Assembly (NCBI GenBank): GCA_963727445.1
Contig: CAVSGI010000005.1
Location: forward strand, 128,001-192,000
Direction: 5' to 3'
Source: an uncultured delta proteobacterium
GTDB taxonomy: Bacteria; Myxococcota_A; Polyangia; Polyangiales; B10-G4
DNA length: 64,000 bases
A program made the position numbers and the translations under genes. The notes beneath the pieces were generated by a model. It saw only the letters and a program-made list of their open reading frames with translations, made no database searches and was not told where the DNA came from. Below are positions 41,390 to 50,383 of this stretch, piece after piece (position 1 is the stretch's first letter; every line of letters begins with the position of its first letter).

Positions 41390-43249
41390 TCAGTTTTCGG
41401 CAGGGTCGCACGCGACGAAATCGCCCCTCGATGTGCACGTCTCGACTTCGATGGGCGCGCCCGTCGCACCGTCGAGGACGCGAAGGAGATAGCGGTCGCC
41501 TTGGGGAGCGGTCGCTACGCCGAAGCCAGCCATCGGATAGTTGCTCAGGCGCTCGTCGAGCCAACCCGACCCGGAGGAGTCGCGGAAACCGTACGCAGGC
41601 GGCCACGGAGGGCACGCTGCGCGTGCGCACCGCTCCATGAGCGCGGCGCGGACGCCTTTCATGATGAACCAGGCGAACCACGTTCTCGCGCAATCTGCTC
41701 CTCGAGCAACGACCTCATCTAGAGCGAGGTGCGGCCATAGGCTGGGCGCGCTGCGCACGCGCTCGGCTCTTTCCATAGGCATCGCCTCGCCGGGGTCCTC
41801 TACGCGGTGCGCGTCGATGCGCCGACCGAAGCAGGTCACCTCCCCGCGACCGTCGAGCGCGCACGCCCAATCGTCCCCGAGGGCGAGAGCGCGCGCGTCC
41901 CCGATCCCGGGAACGGGGGAGGGATCGGCGCCGTTCGCTCCGCGCGCGGAGCTCTGGTGCGCTCCGGCCCCCGATCCACGCCCCGGTCCCCAGCACCACA
42001 CCCGCCCATCCTGCCGAGCGATCGCACACGTTTCGGCACCCTGCGCGACGACGAGGTCCGCCGCGGGAATGGAGACACGCACCGGCGTCGCGCTGCTCGC
42101 GAGCTCCGACCGCGAGGCGCCCAAGCTCCCACGCTGGTTCTGGCCCCAACAGTAAACGGCCCCACTCCTGACGACGGCGCAAGCGTGACGCGCCCCGGTC
42201 GCAAGCGATACGACATTCGAGATGTCTACCGCCATCGGCCTGGTGGCGCGCGCACAGGGCGGCGGGGGTTCGGCGGTTGCCTCGTCCGCGAGCGCGTCAC
42301 AGTCGCTTGCGACCTCGTCCTCACAGAAGAGCTCGTCGTAGTCTTCGTCGTCTTCGCCGTCTTCTCCGTCTGCCTCATCACCGGAGCAAGCCAACGCGCG
42401 CTCCGCCATGCAGGCAGCGAACGCTTCGCGGCGCCGGGTCTCCTCGTCGGCGGGAAGCTCGTCCTCCGGCGTCCCTCCCCAGCAATAAACCCGCCCCGAT
42501 TCGGTGCGGGCACAGCTGAAGAGCGACCCGAGCGCGACGGCGCTCGCTCGTTCGCCGGGAGGGAGAGGAACGCGCGTGGGACGCTCGACCCACCGGCTCC
42601 GCGGATCGGAGGCGCCGCTCTCATGCGAGGCCTCGCGACTCACGGTGAGCTCACTCGCCATCGGGTCCGCTTCGCCGCACCAGTTCCGGCCCCAACAAAG
42701 AACCGCGCCGTCGCGTCGTACGACGCACGCATGGACGCGAACGGCCACGTCGACCGCGGGCCCGGCGACGTCCACGAGCACCGGAGCAGCAGACTGAAAG
42801 GGATGTCGGGCAAGATCACTGCCCCAGCAGCGGACCGCACCACTGGCCTCCACCACGCAGCGTGAGCTCCCGGCCGCCCCGAGCGCGACGACGTCGACCA
42901 GCCCGTCGAGCGTCACGGGCTCGTCAACGCTCCGAAAGGGAGTATTGGCCTGCGTACAGCTCGCTGGCGCGGCGGAGCGGAGATCGACCGCTCGAACCGC
43001 GCCCATGCAGACGAGCTCGCGGTCGCGCCGAACGACGCAGAGCAGATCGTCCTGCCCGAAGAGGGCCTGAACCTCCCCTCTTCCGCTCGGCCGCCGCGGG
43101 TGAAACGGAGGCTCACCTCCTGCGCTCCTTTGGTGAGCCGAGGCGCCGCCACACGCCGCGAGAAGAAGGGCTCCGTAAACCGCGAGCCACGGGCGGCGGC
43201 CCCCGCCCACGCCATCGCTCGCAGGGCCACCTCGGTCGTCCGCGCGCAT
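41390..43249 (-). CDS. RCC1-repeat lipoprotein
   Basis: Lipobox LAAC; repeated HAC...GAVxCWGxNxxG units. Confidence 0.8.
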   Translation of the reverse strand: MRADDRGGPASDGVGGGRRPWLAVYGALLLAACGGASAHQRSAGGEPPFHPRRPSGRGEVQALFGQDDLLCVVRRDRELVCMGAVRAVDLRSAAPASCTQANTPFRSVDEPVTLDGLVDVVALGAAGSSRCVVEASGAVRCWGSDLARHPFQSAAPVLVDVAGPAVDVAVRVHACVVRRDGAVLCWGRNWCGEADPMASELTVSREASHESGASDPRSRWVERPTRVPLPPGERASAVALGSLFSCARTESGRVYCWGGTPEDELPADEETRRREAFAACMAERALACSGDEADGEDGEDDEDYDELFCEDEVASDCDALADEATAEPPPPCARATRPMAVDISNVVSLATGARHACAVVRSGAVYCWGQNQRGSLGASRSELASSATPVRVSIPAADLVVAQGAETCAIARQDGRVWCWGPGRGSGAGAHQSSARGANGADPSPVPGIGDARALALGDDWACALDGRGEVTCFGRRIDAHRVEDPGEAMPMERAERVRSAPSLWPHLALDEVVARGADCARTWFAWFIMKGVRAALMERCARAACPPWPPAYGFRDSSGSGWLDERLSNYPMAGFGVATAPQGDRYLLRVLDGATGAPIEVETCTSRGDFVACDPAEN

Positions 43250-43465
43250 GATTGCGCCACCCTAGGGCACGGTTCAGGATGAACGCAAGGCGCTCTCACA
43301 CCGGAAAGCGGCCGAGTATCCCTCCCGACAAAGTTGGCGGAGTCACGACCAGTCGAGCGACCTCCTCGGTATTGATGTTTCCGAAGCTCGTCACGTCGGT
43401 GAGGCCCATGGCGTTAGCGACGGTGACCAGCATTTGTCTGCCGGACGCGGTGCGCGAGGGAGCGG

Positions 43466-44314
43466 AGCTGCGTTTCGCCCGGTCGGAATCGACGTTCGAG
43501 TACTCTACGTCGGTGCGCCGTTACCTCGAGCGGCACGGGCGTCCGGTCGCGTTCTACAGCGACAAGGCGACGATCTTCCGCGTCAACCGCAAGGACCACG
43601 GCGGCTCGGGGCTGACGCAGTTCGGTCGAGCGATGAGCGAGCTGAACATCGATGTGAGCTGCGCCAACACGGCGCCCGCCAAGGGCCGCGTCGAGCGCGC
43701 GCATCAGACGCTTCAGGACCGGCTCGTCAAGGAGCTGCGTCTGGCAGGTGTGAGCACCATCGACGAAGGCAACGCATTTCTGCCCACCTTCACCGAGGAC
43801 TACAATCGACGCTTCGGGCAGGCGCCCATTCGCCGCATGATGCCCACCGCCCTGTCGCGGACGGCGAGGCCCTCGACGACATCTTCCGCTTGCAGGCCGA
43901 GCGCAAAGTCAGCCGCAACCTGACGCTGCACTACAGGCGAGTGATGTGCCTGCTGGAGCCGACCGCCGAGGCCCACGAGGTGAAGAACAAGCGTGTGCGG
44001 GTCTACGAGGACGACGACGGCAACGTCAGTATTCGGGCTGGTGATGCCGAGCTCGCCGCACGCCCTTTCGCCAAAGACTCGCAAGCCACCATCACTCCCG
44101 GCGACATCGTCGACAACAGGCTGCTGGGCGCCGTCCTGACCCAGAACCGGGGCCAGCAACTCGCACGAGAAGAGCAGCGGCTAGACAAGGCGCGAACCGA
44201 GCGCGAGCGACGCCTCGTGAGCAAACGACTCGAGGCCGTGGACGCGACTTCCTGAGGCCCGAACCGGACATCTCTACTTAACGCAAGACCGGACATTTCT
44301 AACTTGCGTTGGCA
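43466..44314 (+). mobile_element. IS1202/ISNCY-family transposase 3' fragment with right end
   Basis: HGRPVAFYSDK, TQFGRAMSEL, AKGRVERAHQTLQDRL; frameshift near 43825; stop 44255; repeated ACCGGACAT(C/T)TCT boxes ending CTTGCGTTGGCA. Confidence 0.8.
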
Positions 44315-44362
44315 TCGGGCGTCCGGGGAAGGGGTTGGCTTCCGTGGAGGCTGGAAACCGGA
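44315..44362 (+). repeat. ~47-bp imperfect palindromic repeat, copy R1
   Basis: TCGGGCGTCCGGGGAAGGGGTTGGCTTCCGTGGAGGCTGGAAACCGGA. Confidence 0.9.
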
Positions 44363-44580
44363 TCGAGAAGGAAGCGGCGCGGGTCCGCGAGACGCAGCGC
44401 GCCGTCGGGGCCTGCTTCGAGGAACTCCTTGAACGCGTGATGGTCGTCCGTGCTCAGCCGCTCGAACGCTTCGGCTTCGAGGAGCGCGGGGATAGACACG
44501 ACCAGGCCCTCGGTCGGCTGGACCATGCCGAGCCAGGTCTCGTGGAAGAAGCGGGCGGCGTTGTCACGGGGGCGGGTCAT
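44363..44580 (-). pseudogene. 5' fragment of a probable large DNA methyltransferase/restriction-modification protein, truncated at R1
   Basis: GGAGG RBS and ATG 44580; HETWLGMVQPTEGLVVSIPALLEA. Family assignment is from recall. Confidence 0.45.
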
Positions 44581-44712
44581 CGAGGTCGCCCTCCGGGATC
44601 GGAACCACCGAGCGGATGCGCAACTCGCCCGCGCTGCCCCCGATAAGGCCCCCGTGACCGATGGAGCGTTGGGCACGGAGCCGCCCGGCGCGCCAACGAT
44701 CTGGGTGCTATC

Positions 44713-45273
44713 ATGCCGTTGGTGAACACGAGAGACGCCATTCACGCGCTCGTCGACAACCTCGACGACGCGGATCTCGACAGGGCCAGAAAAGCCCTCG
44801 AAGAGATCGCCGTGGTCGAGCTCACCGACGAAGAACGTCGCGAGCTCCTCGCGCGCGCCGCCGCATGCGATCGCGGCGAAGGCATCGACGCCCGCGAATT
44901 CTGGCGAAGCTCCGTGGAGCTCCGCCCGATTCCGACGGTTGAGATCGCTCCCGAGGTCGTCGTCGAAATCGAGCGTGCTCGCGACTGGTGGCTCGCGAAT
45001 CGGGACAAGGCCCCCGCGGCCTTCGACGACGAGCTCGCGGACGTGATCCAGGACCTCGAGACGTTCCCCATCCTCATCGGCGTCCCCACCGACACTCCGA
45101 ACGTCTGGCGCGCCTACCTGAAGCGCACGCGCTTCTTCGTCTACTTTCGGTACTTGAAGGCAAGAGACCGAGTGCAGGTGCTCGCCCTATGGCACTCGAC
45201 GGAGGTGGCGATCCGCTTCGAGGCGAAGCCCAGACGGCGAGAAGTGGCAACTACGGACACGGGCCCCAGCTGA
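44713..45273 (+). CDS. Type II TA module: addiction-module antitoxin plus RelE/ParE-family toxin (appear fused; probably two ORFs, 44713-44942 and 44914-45273)
   Basis: ELTDEERRELLAR antitoxin-like helix; toxin-like EIERARDWW...AFDDEL...FFVYFR...QVLALWH. Confidence 0.75.
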   Translation: MPLVNTRDAIHALVDNLDDADLDRARKALEEIAVVELTDEERRELLARAAACDRGEGIDAREFWRSSVELRPIPTVEIAPEVVVEIERARDWWLANRDKAPAAFDDELADVIQDLETFPILIGVPTDTPNVWRAYLKRTRFFVYFRYLKARDRVQVLALWHSTEVAIRFEAKPRRREVATTDTGPS

Positions 45274-45315
45274 CCGTCTCACAAAACACCCAACCCGCGT
45301 CGTAGAGTGCCGGCG

Positions 45316-45361
45316 GGGCGTCCGGTGAAGTGGTTGGCGTCCGTAGAGGCTGGAAACCGGA
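45316..45361 (+). repeat. ~47-bp repeat, copy R2 (diverged)
   Basis: GGGCGTCCGGTGAAGTGGTTGGCGTCCGTAGAGGCTGGAAACCGGA. Confidence 0.85.
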
Positions 45362-45539
45362 GCACCACCAGCACATCGTGACGCCGATCGACGAAGACAG
45401 CTGCGTGCTCCGAGACGACATCGAGTACGAGCTCCCCATGGGCGTGCTCGGGCGGATCTTCGGCAAGCCCATCGCAGAGCGACAGCTGCAGCGGCTCTTC
45501 GAATACCGACACCGCGTGACGCGGCAGGCGTGCGAATGA
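45362..45539 (+). pseudogene. 3' fragment of an SRPBCC-family gene, 5'-truncated at R2
   Basis: HHQH...LRDDIEYELPMGVLG...LQRLFEYRH, typical of the SRPBCC C-terminal half; no native start. Confidence 0.6.
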
Positions 45540-45566
45540 CGGGTTGCGCCGTGATACCGTCTCGAC

Positions 45567-46934
45567 ATGACGAAGGCGTGGGGGTGCGCGACGTTGGTCG
45601 CGCTGGTCTCGTGTGTCGTCCTGCTCGCTTGCGACGACGAGCCGGCGGCGCCGGTCGAGCCGGCGGAGAACACGGCCGCAGAGAGCGAGGGTTCGCCCTC
45701 AGTAGAAGAAGAGCGCAGCACCACCGAGGGGAATGCGGCCAGTGAGGCGGGCGACGGGGAAGGCGAGTCGACGACGGTAGAACCGCCCGCACCGCGCCCT
45801 CCGCCGCCTGCCATGACGAAAGCCGATGCGCGCGCCTACCGCCGGGAGATCGCGAGCGCGCGCGCGAAGACGCAACAGGATCAGGCGGAGGGGCTCGGTG
45901 CGTTCATGGCGCTCATCGAAGCCCATCCCCAAGATCCGCGCCTCTACTGTGAAGCCGGGTTCGTCGCGCATCGCATGGGAAATGGCGACGAGGCCCGTCG
46001 ACTGATCGAGCAGGGCCGCCGGCTCTTCGGTAACTTCCCGCCGGAGCCGCTCAAGCCGTATGCGGCCATGTGCCACTACAACCGAGGGCTGGTGCTCGAA
46101 GCGGCCGGGGAGATCGACGCCGCGCGCTCTGCCTACCGGACATCTCTCTACATGCGCCCGAACCGAACGGTCGAGCGTCACCTCACCGCGCTCCCCGCGC
46201 CCACCGACGAACCCGAGGTCGTCGGTGCGAGCTCACTCGAAGCCATGCCCGCCACGCTCGACGAGCTCTACGAGGTCGCCGACGAGGATGAGGTCTACGG
46301 CCCAAACGGCTACGACTACGAGGCGGTCACCCGCGTGGAGCTCGAGGTCATGGCTCACCGGCCCGCATCCGATGGCGTGCCCGAGCTCGCGCTCGTCCAC
46401 ATCGGGGTCGCCACCGTCATGGCGATCGACCAGAGGGTGAACATCGCCGTCAGGCGCGAGGACGGCTACGAGTTACATCCCATCTTCTACGACACCGACG
46501 ACATGACCGACCACGGCAACACCGACATGGTCGGGATCGGTGGCGGCACTCTCGAGGTCATCGACACCACCGCCGGGCCGATCGTCCGTGCCACGATGCA
46601 CAGCAGCCACATCTCCGGCGCAAACGGCTGCGACGACGAGTGCTGCTATTCGTGGAGCGCCACTACCGACAACGATATCGTGGCCTTCTGCACCCTCGGC
46701 CCGACGCTCTGTCGTTCCATGGACGTCTCCTCCGAGGTCAGCGGCGACGCGTCGTCGGATTGTGACGACGAGGAAGAAGAGGACGGTGAGGGTCGCTCGC
46801 CGTGGCGCCGCGAGCTGACCTTCGATCCCGACGGCACGACTCACCTGCGAGTCGTGAGCGGTGAGCCCGATCAGCAACCCATGGCCGGCGATCGGTCGAT
46901 CGCCGAGCTCCTCGCAGCCACGCCGCGACGTTGA
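45567..46934 (+). CDS. TPR-containing lipoprotein
   Basis: Lipobox LLAC; TPR-like AMCHYNRGLVLEAAG...AYRTSL. Confidence 0.7.
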   Translation: MTKAWGCATLVALVSCVVLLACDDEPAAPVEPAENTAAESEGSPSVEEERSTTEGNAASEAGDGEGESTTVEPPAPRPPPPAMTKADARAYRREIASARAKTQQDQAEGLGAFMALIEAHPQDPRLYCEAGFVAHRMGNGDEARRLIEQGRRLFGNFPPEPLKPYAAMCHYNRGLVLEAAGEIDAARSAYRTSLYMRPNRTVERHLTALPAPTDEPEVVGASSLEAMPATLDELYEVADEDEVYGPNGYDYEAVTRVELEVMAHRPASDGVPELALVHIGVATVMAIDQRVNIAVRREDGYELHPIFYDTDDMTDHGNTDMVGIGGGTLEVIDTTAGPIVRATMHSSHISGANGCDDECCYSWSATTDNDIVAFCTLGPTLCRSMDVSSEVSGDASSDCDDEEEEDGEGRSPWRRELTFDPDGTTHLRVVSGEPDQQPMAGDRSIAELLAATPRR

Positions 46935-47295
46935 AATCACCGATCCTTGCCGCACTTGGTGAGCGCCGTTGCCCTCCCTGTTCAAGGAGGGCTTTTCCAA
47001 TGCTTACCTACCGCGCGCGTGCTCTCAGGGATGCGGAGATCCGAACCAGGTTGACTGTGGGAACACGGACGTCCGCGTCAATCTCGCGAGGACAAGCGAC
47101 GGTTTGGCCAACCTGGTTCGGATCTTCCGGGCGCGTCGCCCGAATCGCAATCCGAGCACCCGACGACGAAGAGCAATGCGGCGAGCACCTGTCTCACGAT
47201 GGTGGGAGCATACTCCCCGAGAACCTCAGCCGTTGGGGAAAGCGGTCCTGGAGCCGAGCACTCGCTCAGGGACCTGTCTCTGCGGTATCGTCGTA

Positions 47296-48906
47296 GTGGA
47301 CGTGCTTGTGCATCGGCTCTCACGGCGGATTGTGCCGGCCGTGCTCGCGCTCGCGAGCTCAGGGGCGTGCGCGACGCGAACAGATCTGCTCGTGTGTGGC
47401 GAGTCGGCGCACGGGCATGTGGAACCGCCCCGAGCGGTAGCGCCGCTCTCGACGTCATTCGTCAGCTCGCACCGACCACGCCTGTCGTGGGTGCTCGCTG
47501 GCGGGATCGGTGCACACGTGCAGCTGTGTGAAGACCCCGGATGCGCTCACCTGGTGACGGAGTTCGACGCCGATGGCGAGATGGGGACGCCCCCCGTGGC
47601 GCTCTCCCCGGGGATCTATTTCTGGCGGCTCTTTGCTCGCACCGGTCGTGGCACGGGCTGCGTTGCCAGTCAGCCATGGGAGCTGATCGTGACGGCCCGC
47701 GACGCTCCATCGAGCACCTCGCGGGGCGCATTGTTCGACCCGAACCGTGATGGCATTCCCGACCTCGCCTCCAGTGGGAGCGACAGCATCGCTGCGGGAC
47801 GCGCAATCGTCTACCTCGGCACCGGGGCCGGATTCGAACCCGAACCCACGGTGCTCGAAGGACGAGGAGAGACCTTTGTCTGGCAGATAAGAAATGTCGG
47901 TGACATCAATGGTGACGGGTTCTCGGATCTCGCTGCGGCCTACGGGACGGGGGGCGTCGATGTATATGTGGGCTCGCCGGACGGCATCTCAGTCGAGCCG
48001 TTCCAGCGCTTCAACCAGCCGCCGGACTCGCCCGACCCGACAGATTTTGGTTATTCGATATCTGGAGTCGGCGATGTGGACGCAGACGGCTACGCCGATG
48101 TCGCGGTGAGCGACTCGGCGGGCAACGTCTATCTTTGCCGAGGCAGCGCGAGCGGGCTCAGCGTCCCGAACGCCCCGACGCTTCCTGCTCGGGGAGACGC
48201 TCCGCCCTGGCCCGAAGTAAGCAGCGCCGGCGACGTGAACGGCGATGGGTTCGCGGACCTCCTCGTCGGCCACCCGCAGGGCGCCACGGGGCCGCTCGCT
48301 TTCCTCTACCTCGGGTCGAGCGATGGCGTCGGCCCGACTCCAGCGGCCATGTTGGGCACCGCTGGTGTCGTCGATCCGTTGTTCAGCGGCCACGTGGGAG
48401 AGATCGGCGACGTCAACGGAGACGGGTATTCGGACATCGCCGTAACGTATCTTCTCGACGGAGACGGAGACTTGGAGGACGGGGCCGTCTTCTATTTGGG
48501 AGGGCCGGACGGTGTGGCCGTGGAGCCCGATATCGAGCTGCGGTCGCTCACGGGGCTGTCTGCTGTTCCGCGCTGCGCCGGTGACCTGGATGGGGACGGC
48601 TTCGATGAAGCCGTGCTGCGGGACGAGGGCGAAGGCGTGTTCACCATGGCCATCGTTTGGGGAGGCGCGACACGGTTTGGATCGAGCGTCGTTCACGCGA
48701 CGTGGCCTGGACTCTTTGCGAGTGCGGGCTCCAGCATGGGCGATGTCGACGGCGACGCGGTCCCGGACTACGCGATGTTGGAAAAGGGCACCAACACGCT
48801 GCGCGTGTATGCCGGAACCGGTGCCGGCTTCGATGCCGCGCCGCTACTGACGCTGCCGGGGCCGGGCATGGGATACCCCCACACGGTGGTCGGCTCGGGG
48901 TACTGA
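47296..48906 (+). CDS. FG-GAP/integrin-alpha-like repeat protein
   Basis: Repeated GD(V/I)NGDG(F/Y)xD and VYLG units; start approximate. Confidence 0.85.
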   Translation: MDVLVHRLSRRIVPAVLALASSGACATRTDLLVCGESAHGHVEPPRAVAPLSTSFVSSHRPRLSWVLAGGIGAHVQLCEDPGCAHLVTEFDADGEMGTPPVALSPGIYFWRLFARTGRGTGCVASQPWELIVTARDAPSSTSRGALFDPNRDGIPDLASSGSDSIAAGRAIVYLGTGAGFEPEPTVLEGRGETFVWQIRNVGDINGDGFSDLAAAYGTGGVDVYVGSPDGISVEPFQRFNQPPDSPDPTDFGYSISGVGDVDADGYADVAVSDSAGNVYLCRGSASGLSVPNAPTLPARGDAPPWPEVSSAGDVNGDGFADLLVGHPQGATGPLAFLYLGSSDGVGPTPAAMLGTAGVVDPLFSGHVGEIGDVNGDGYSDIAVTYLLDGDGDLEDGAVFYLGGPDGVAVEPDIELRSLTGLSAVPRCAGDLDGDGFDEAVLRDEGEGVFTMAIVWGGATRFGSSVVHATWPGLFASAGSSMGDVDGDAVPDYAMLEKGTNTLRVYAGTGAGFDAAPLLTLPGPGMGYPHTVVGSGY

Positions 48907-48990
48907 TCGAGCTGACCCTTCCGGAGCGGGTCGCGACGGGCAGCGCGTCGATCTCCCTCGAGCTGGTTACGATCTCGGGTGCCAGGTAGC

Positions 48991-49386
48991 ATGATCGACA
49001 TGCTCCGATTCCTTCTGGTCCTCTTCATCGCCGCGTTCGCCTTCGGCTGCGGCGACGATGACGCTCCCCCGCCGACCACTCAATACTGCGATTGTTGCGG
49101 CACCTCGGTCGAATGGCCCGGCGATACCAGCTGCTTGGCGGGTGCCTGCGATCCCTATTGCCTCTACACGAGCGACACCGGCGTCGACGCGACGCCCGAT
49201 GGCTCGATGGACGCGGCGCCCGACGGATCGACCGACGCGATGACCGACGGCCAGACGGACGCGACGACCGATGGAGCGACGGACGCGACGACCGATGGAG
49301 CGACGGACGCGACGACCGATGGAGCGACGGACGCGACGACCGATGGAGCGACGGACGCGACGACCGATGGAGCGACGGACGCCTGA
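48991..49386 (+). CDS. Small Cys-rich lipoprotein with TDATTDGA repeat tail
   Basis: Lipobox AFGC, CDCC...C...C...C, tandem-repeat tail. Confidence 0.7.
   Translation: MIDMLRFLLVLFIAAFAFGCGDDDAPPPTTQYCDCCGTSVEWPGDTSCLAGACDPYCLYTSDTGVDATPDGSMDAAPDGSTDAMTDGQTDATTDGATDATTDGATDATTDGATDATTDGATDATTDGATDA
49254..49382 (+). repeat. 24-bp coding tandem repeat (~5.4 copies)
   Basis: Unit GACGGACGCGACGACCGATGGAGC, perfect head-to-tail copies. Confidence 0.95.
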
Positions 49387-49511
49387 CGCCCTCACAGGCG
49401 ACATCTTCATCCCGCGGCAGCATGGTGCGGATAGTCCGCACAAACGGCCTCGTGCCTTGCAGTCGGCGTGGCGAGTTGACCGATCACACGTAATCACACG
49501 TACTGCGAAAC

Positions 49512-49559
49512 TCGGGCGTCCGGGGAGGCGGTTGGCTTCCGTGGAGGCTGGAAACCGGA
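49512..49559 (+). repeat. ~47-bp repeat, copy R3
   Basis: TCGGGCGTCCGGGGAGGCGGTTGGCTTCCGTGGAGGCTGGAAACCGGA; 2 mismatches to R1. Confidence 0.9.
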
Positions 49560-49648
49560 CGGCGCATGAAAGGCGTGAAGGCTCGATCTTCGCGTGAGCT
49601 GCGAGCGACGGACGGAGTGCGACGTCGACAGGCTCGGGGGAACCCGCC

Positions 49649-50255
49649 TCAGGCGACGTCGAAGAAGAGGTCGTCGTCGCCGGGTGGCGCGCGCGCCGGG
49701 GCGGGGACGACTGGATCTGCCGGCAGGTCGAGGCTGTCGAGGATGCGACGGATGGTGGCCGGTCTCAGGATCGAGGCGACGAAGCGCATGCGGGCGTGGC
49801 ACTTCGGGCATTCGAGCGCGTCGATGTCGAGGCCCGTCGCATGAGCTCGGCCCAGCTCGGGTTGTGACGCTTGCGTTTGGACGTGCTGTGCTTCGGGCCC
49901 TTGCCCGGCTCGGAAGGACGCCCGTACGCAACGACCCGCTTGCGCAGCTTCGCGTTGGCCGCGAAGACGCCGTGGTAGAGCAGGAGAGCGGGCGATTCTT
50001 GCCGCGCACGGCCGTGTTGGCGTGCAGGTCGAATCCGTCCTGGCGGGCGCGGCGGCGGATTAACAGGCGCCTCAGACGCGCGACGAGGGTGGTGAGCAGG
50101 GCCGCGACTTCCTGGTCGGTCGGCGGGGGCAGACGGTGAAAGCGGACCGATCCATCCGGCGCCTCGAGGAACACCCCATCCGGGACCAGCGTGTGGAAGT
50201 GCGGATTGAGATTGAGCGCGCCGCCGAAACGCTGGATGACCGTGACGCTGAGCGA
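49649..50255 (-). mobile_element. IS91/ISCR-family (HUH) transposase remnant, internally deleted
   Basis: IQRFGGALNLNPHFHTLVPDG, GFDLHAN, YHGVFAANAKLR, WAELMRR, LECPKC...IRRIL...PARAPP, across several frames. Confidence 0.85.
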
Positions 50256-50383
50256 ATCGGGTGACGACGTCATCCGGGCTTCCTTCACCTATCCGATGAC
50301 CGGCCGAAGCTCCCGAATGATTTGGATCGTAGTCCGGCCACGATCCCGACTCCGAATCCGAACTCCGAACTCCGAATCCGTCA

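Noticed and set aside
46926..47010. Second oriIS-like motif
   Set aside because: Similarity is too weak to support by eye.
49254..49382. Possible CRISPR array
   Set aside because: Units are head-to-tail without unique spacers, in frame within a gene, and there are no cas genes.
44315..49559. Repeats R1-R3 as integron attC sites or dif sites
   Set aside because: GTT precedes AAC on both strands (the reverse of RYYYAAC...GTTRRRY), they are shorter than attC, and there is no resemblance to dif.
50345..50380. TCCGAA(C) short repeats as IS end or iteron
   Set aside because: Short, irregular low-complexity run with no supporting context.
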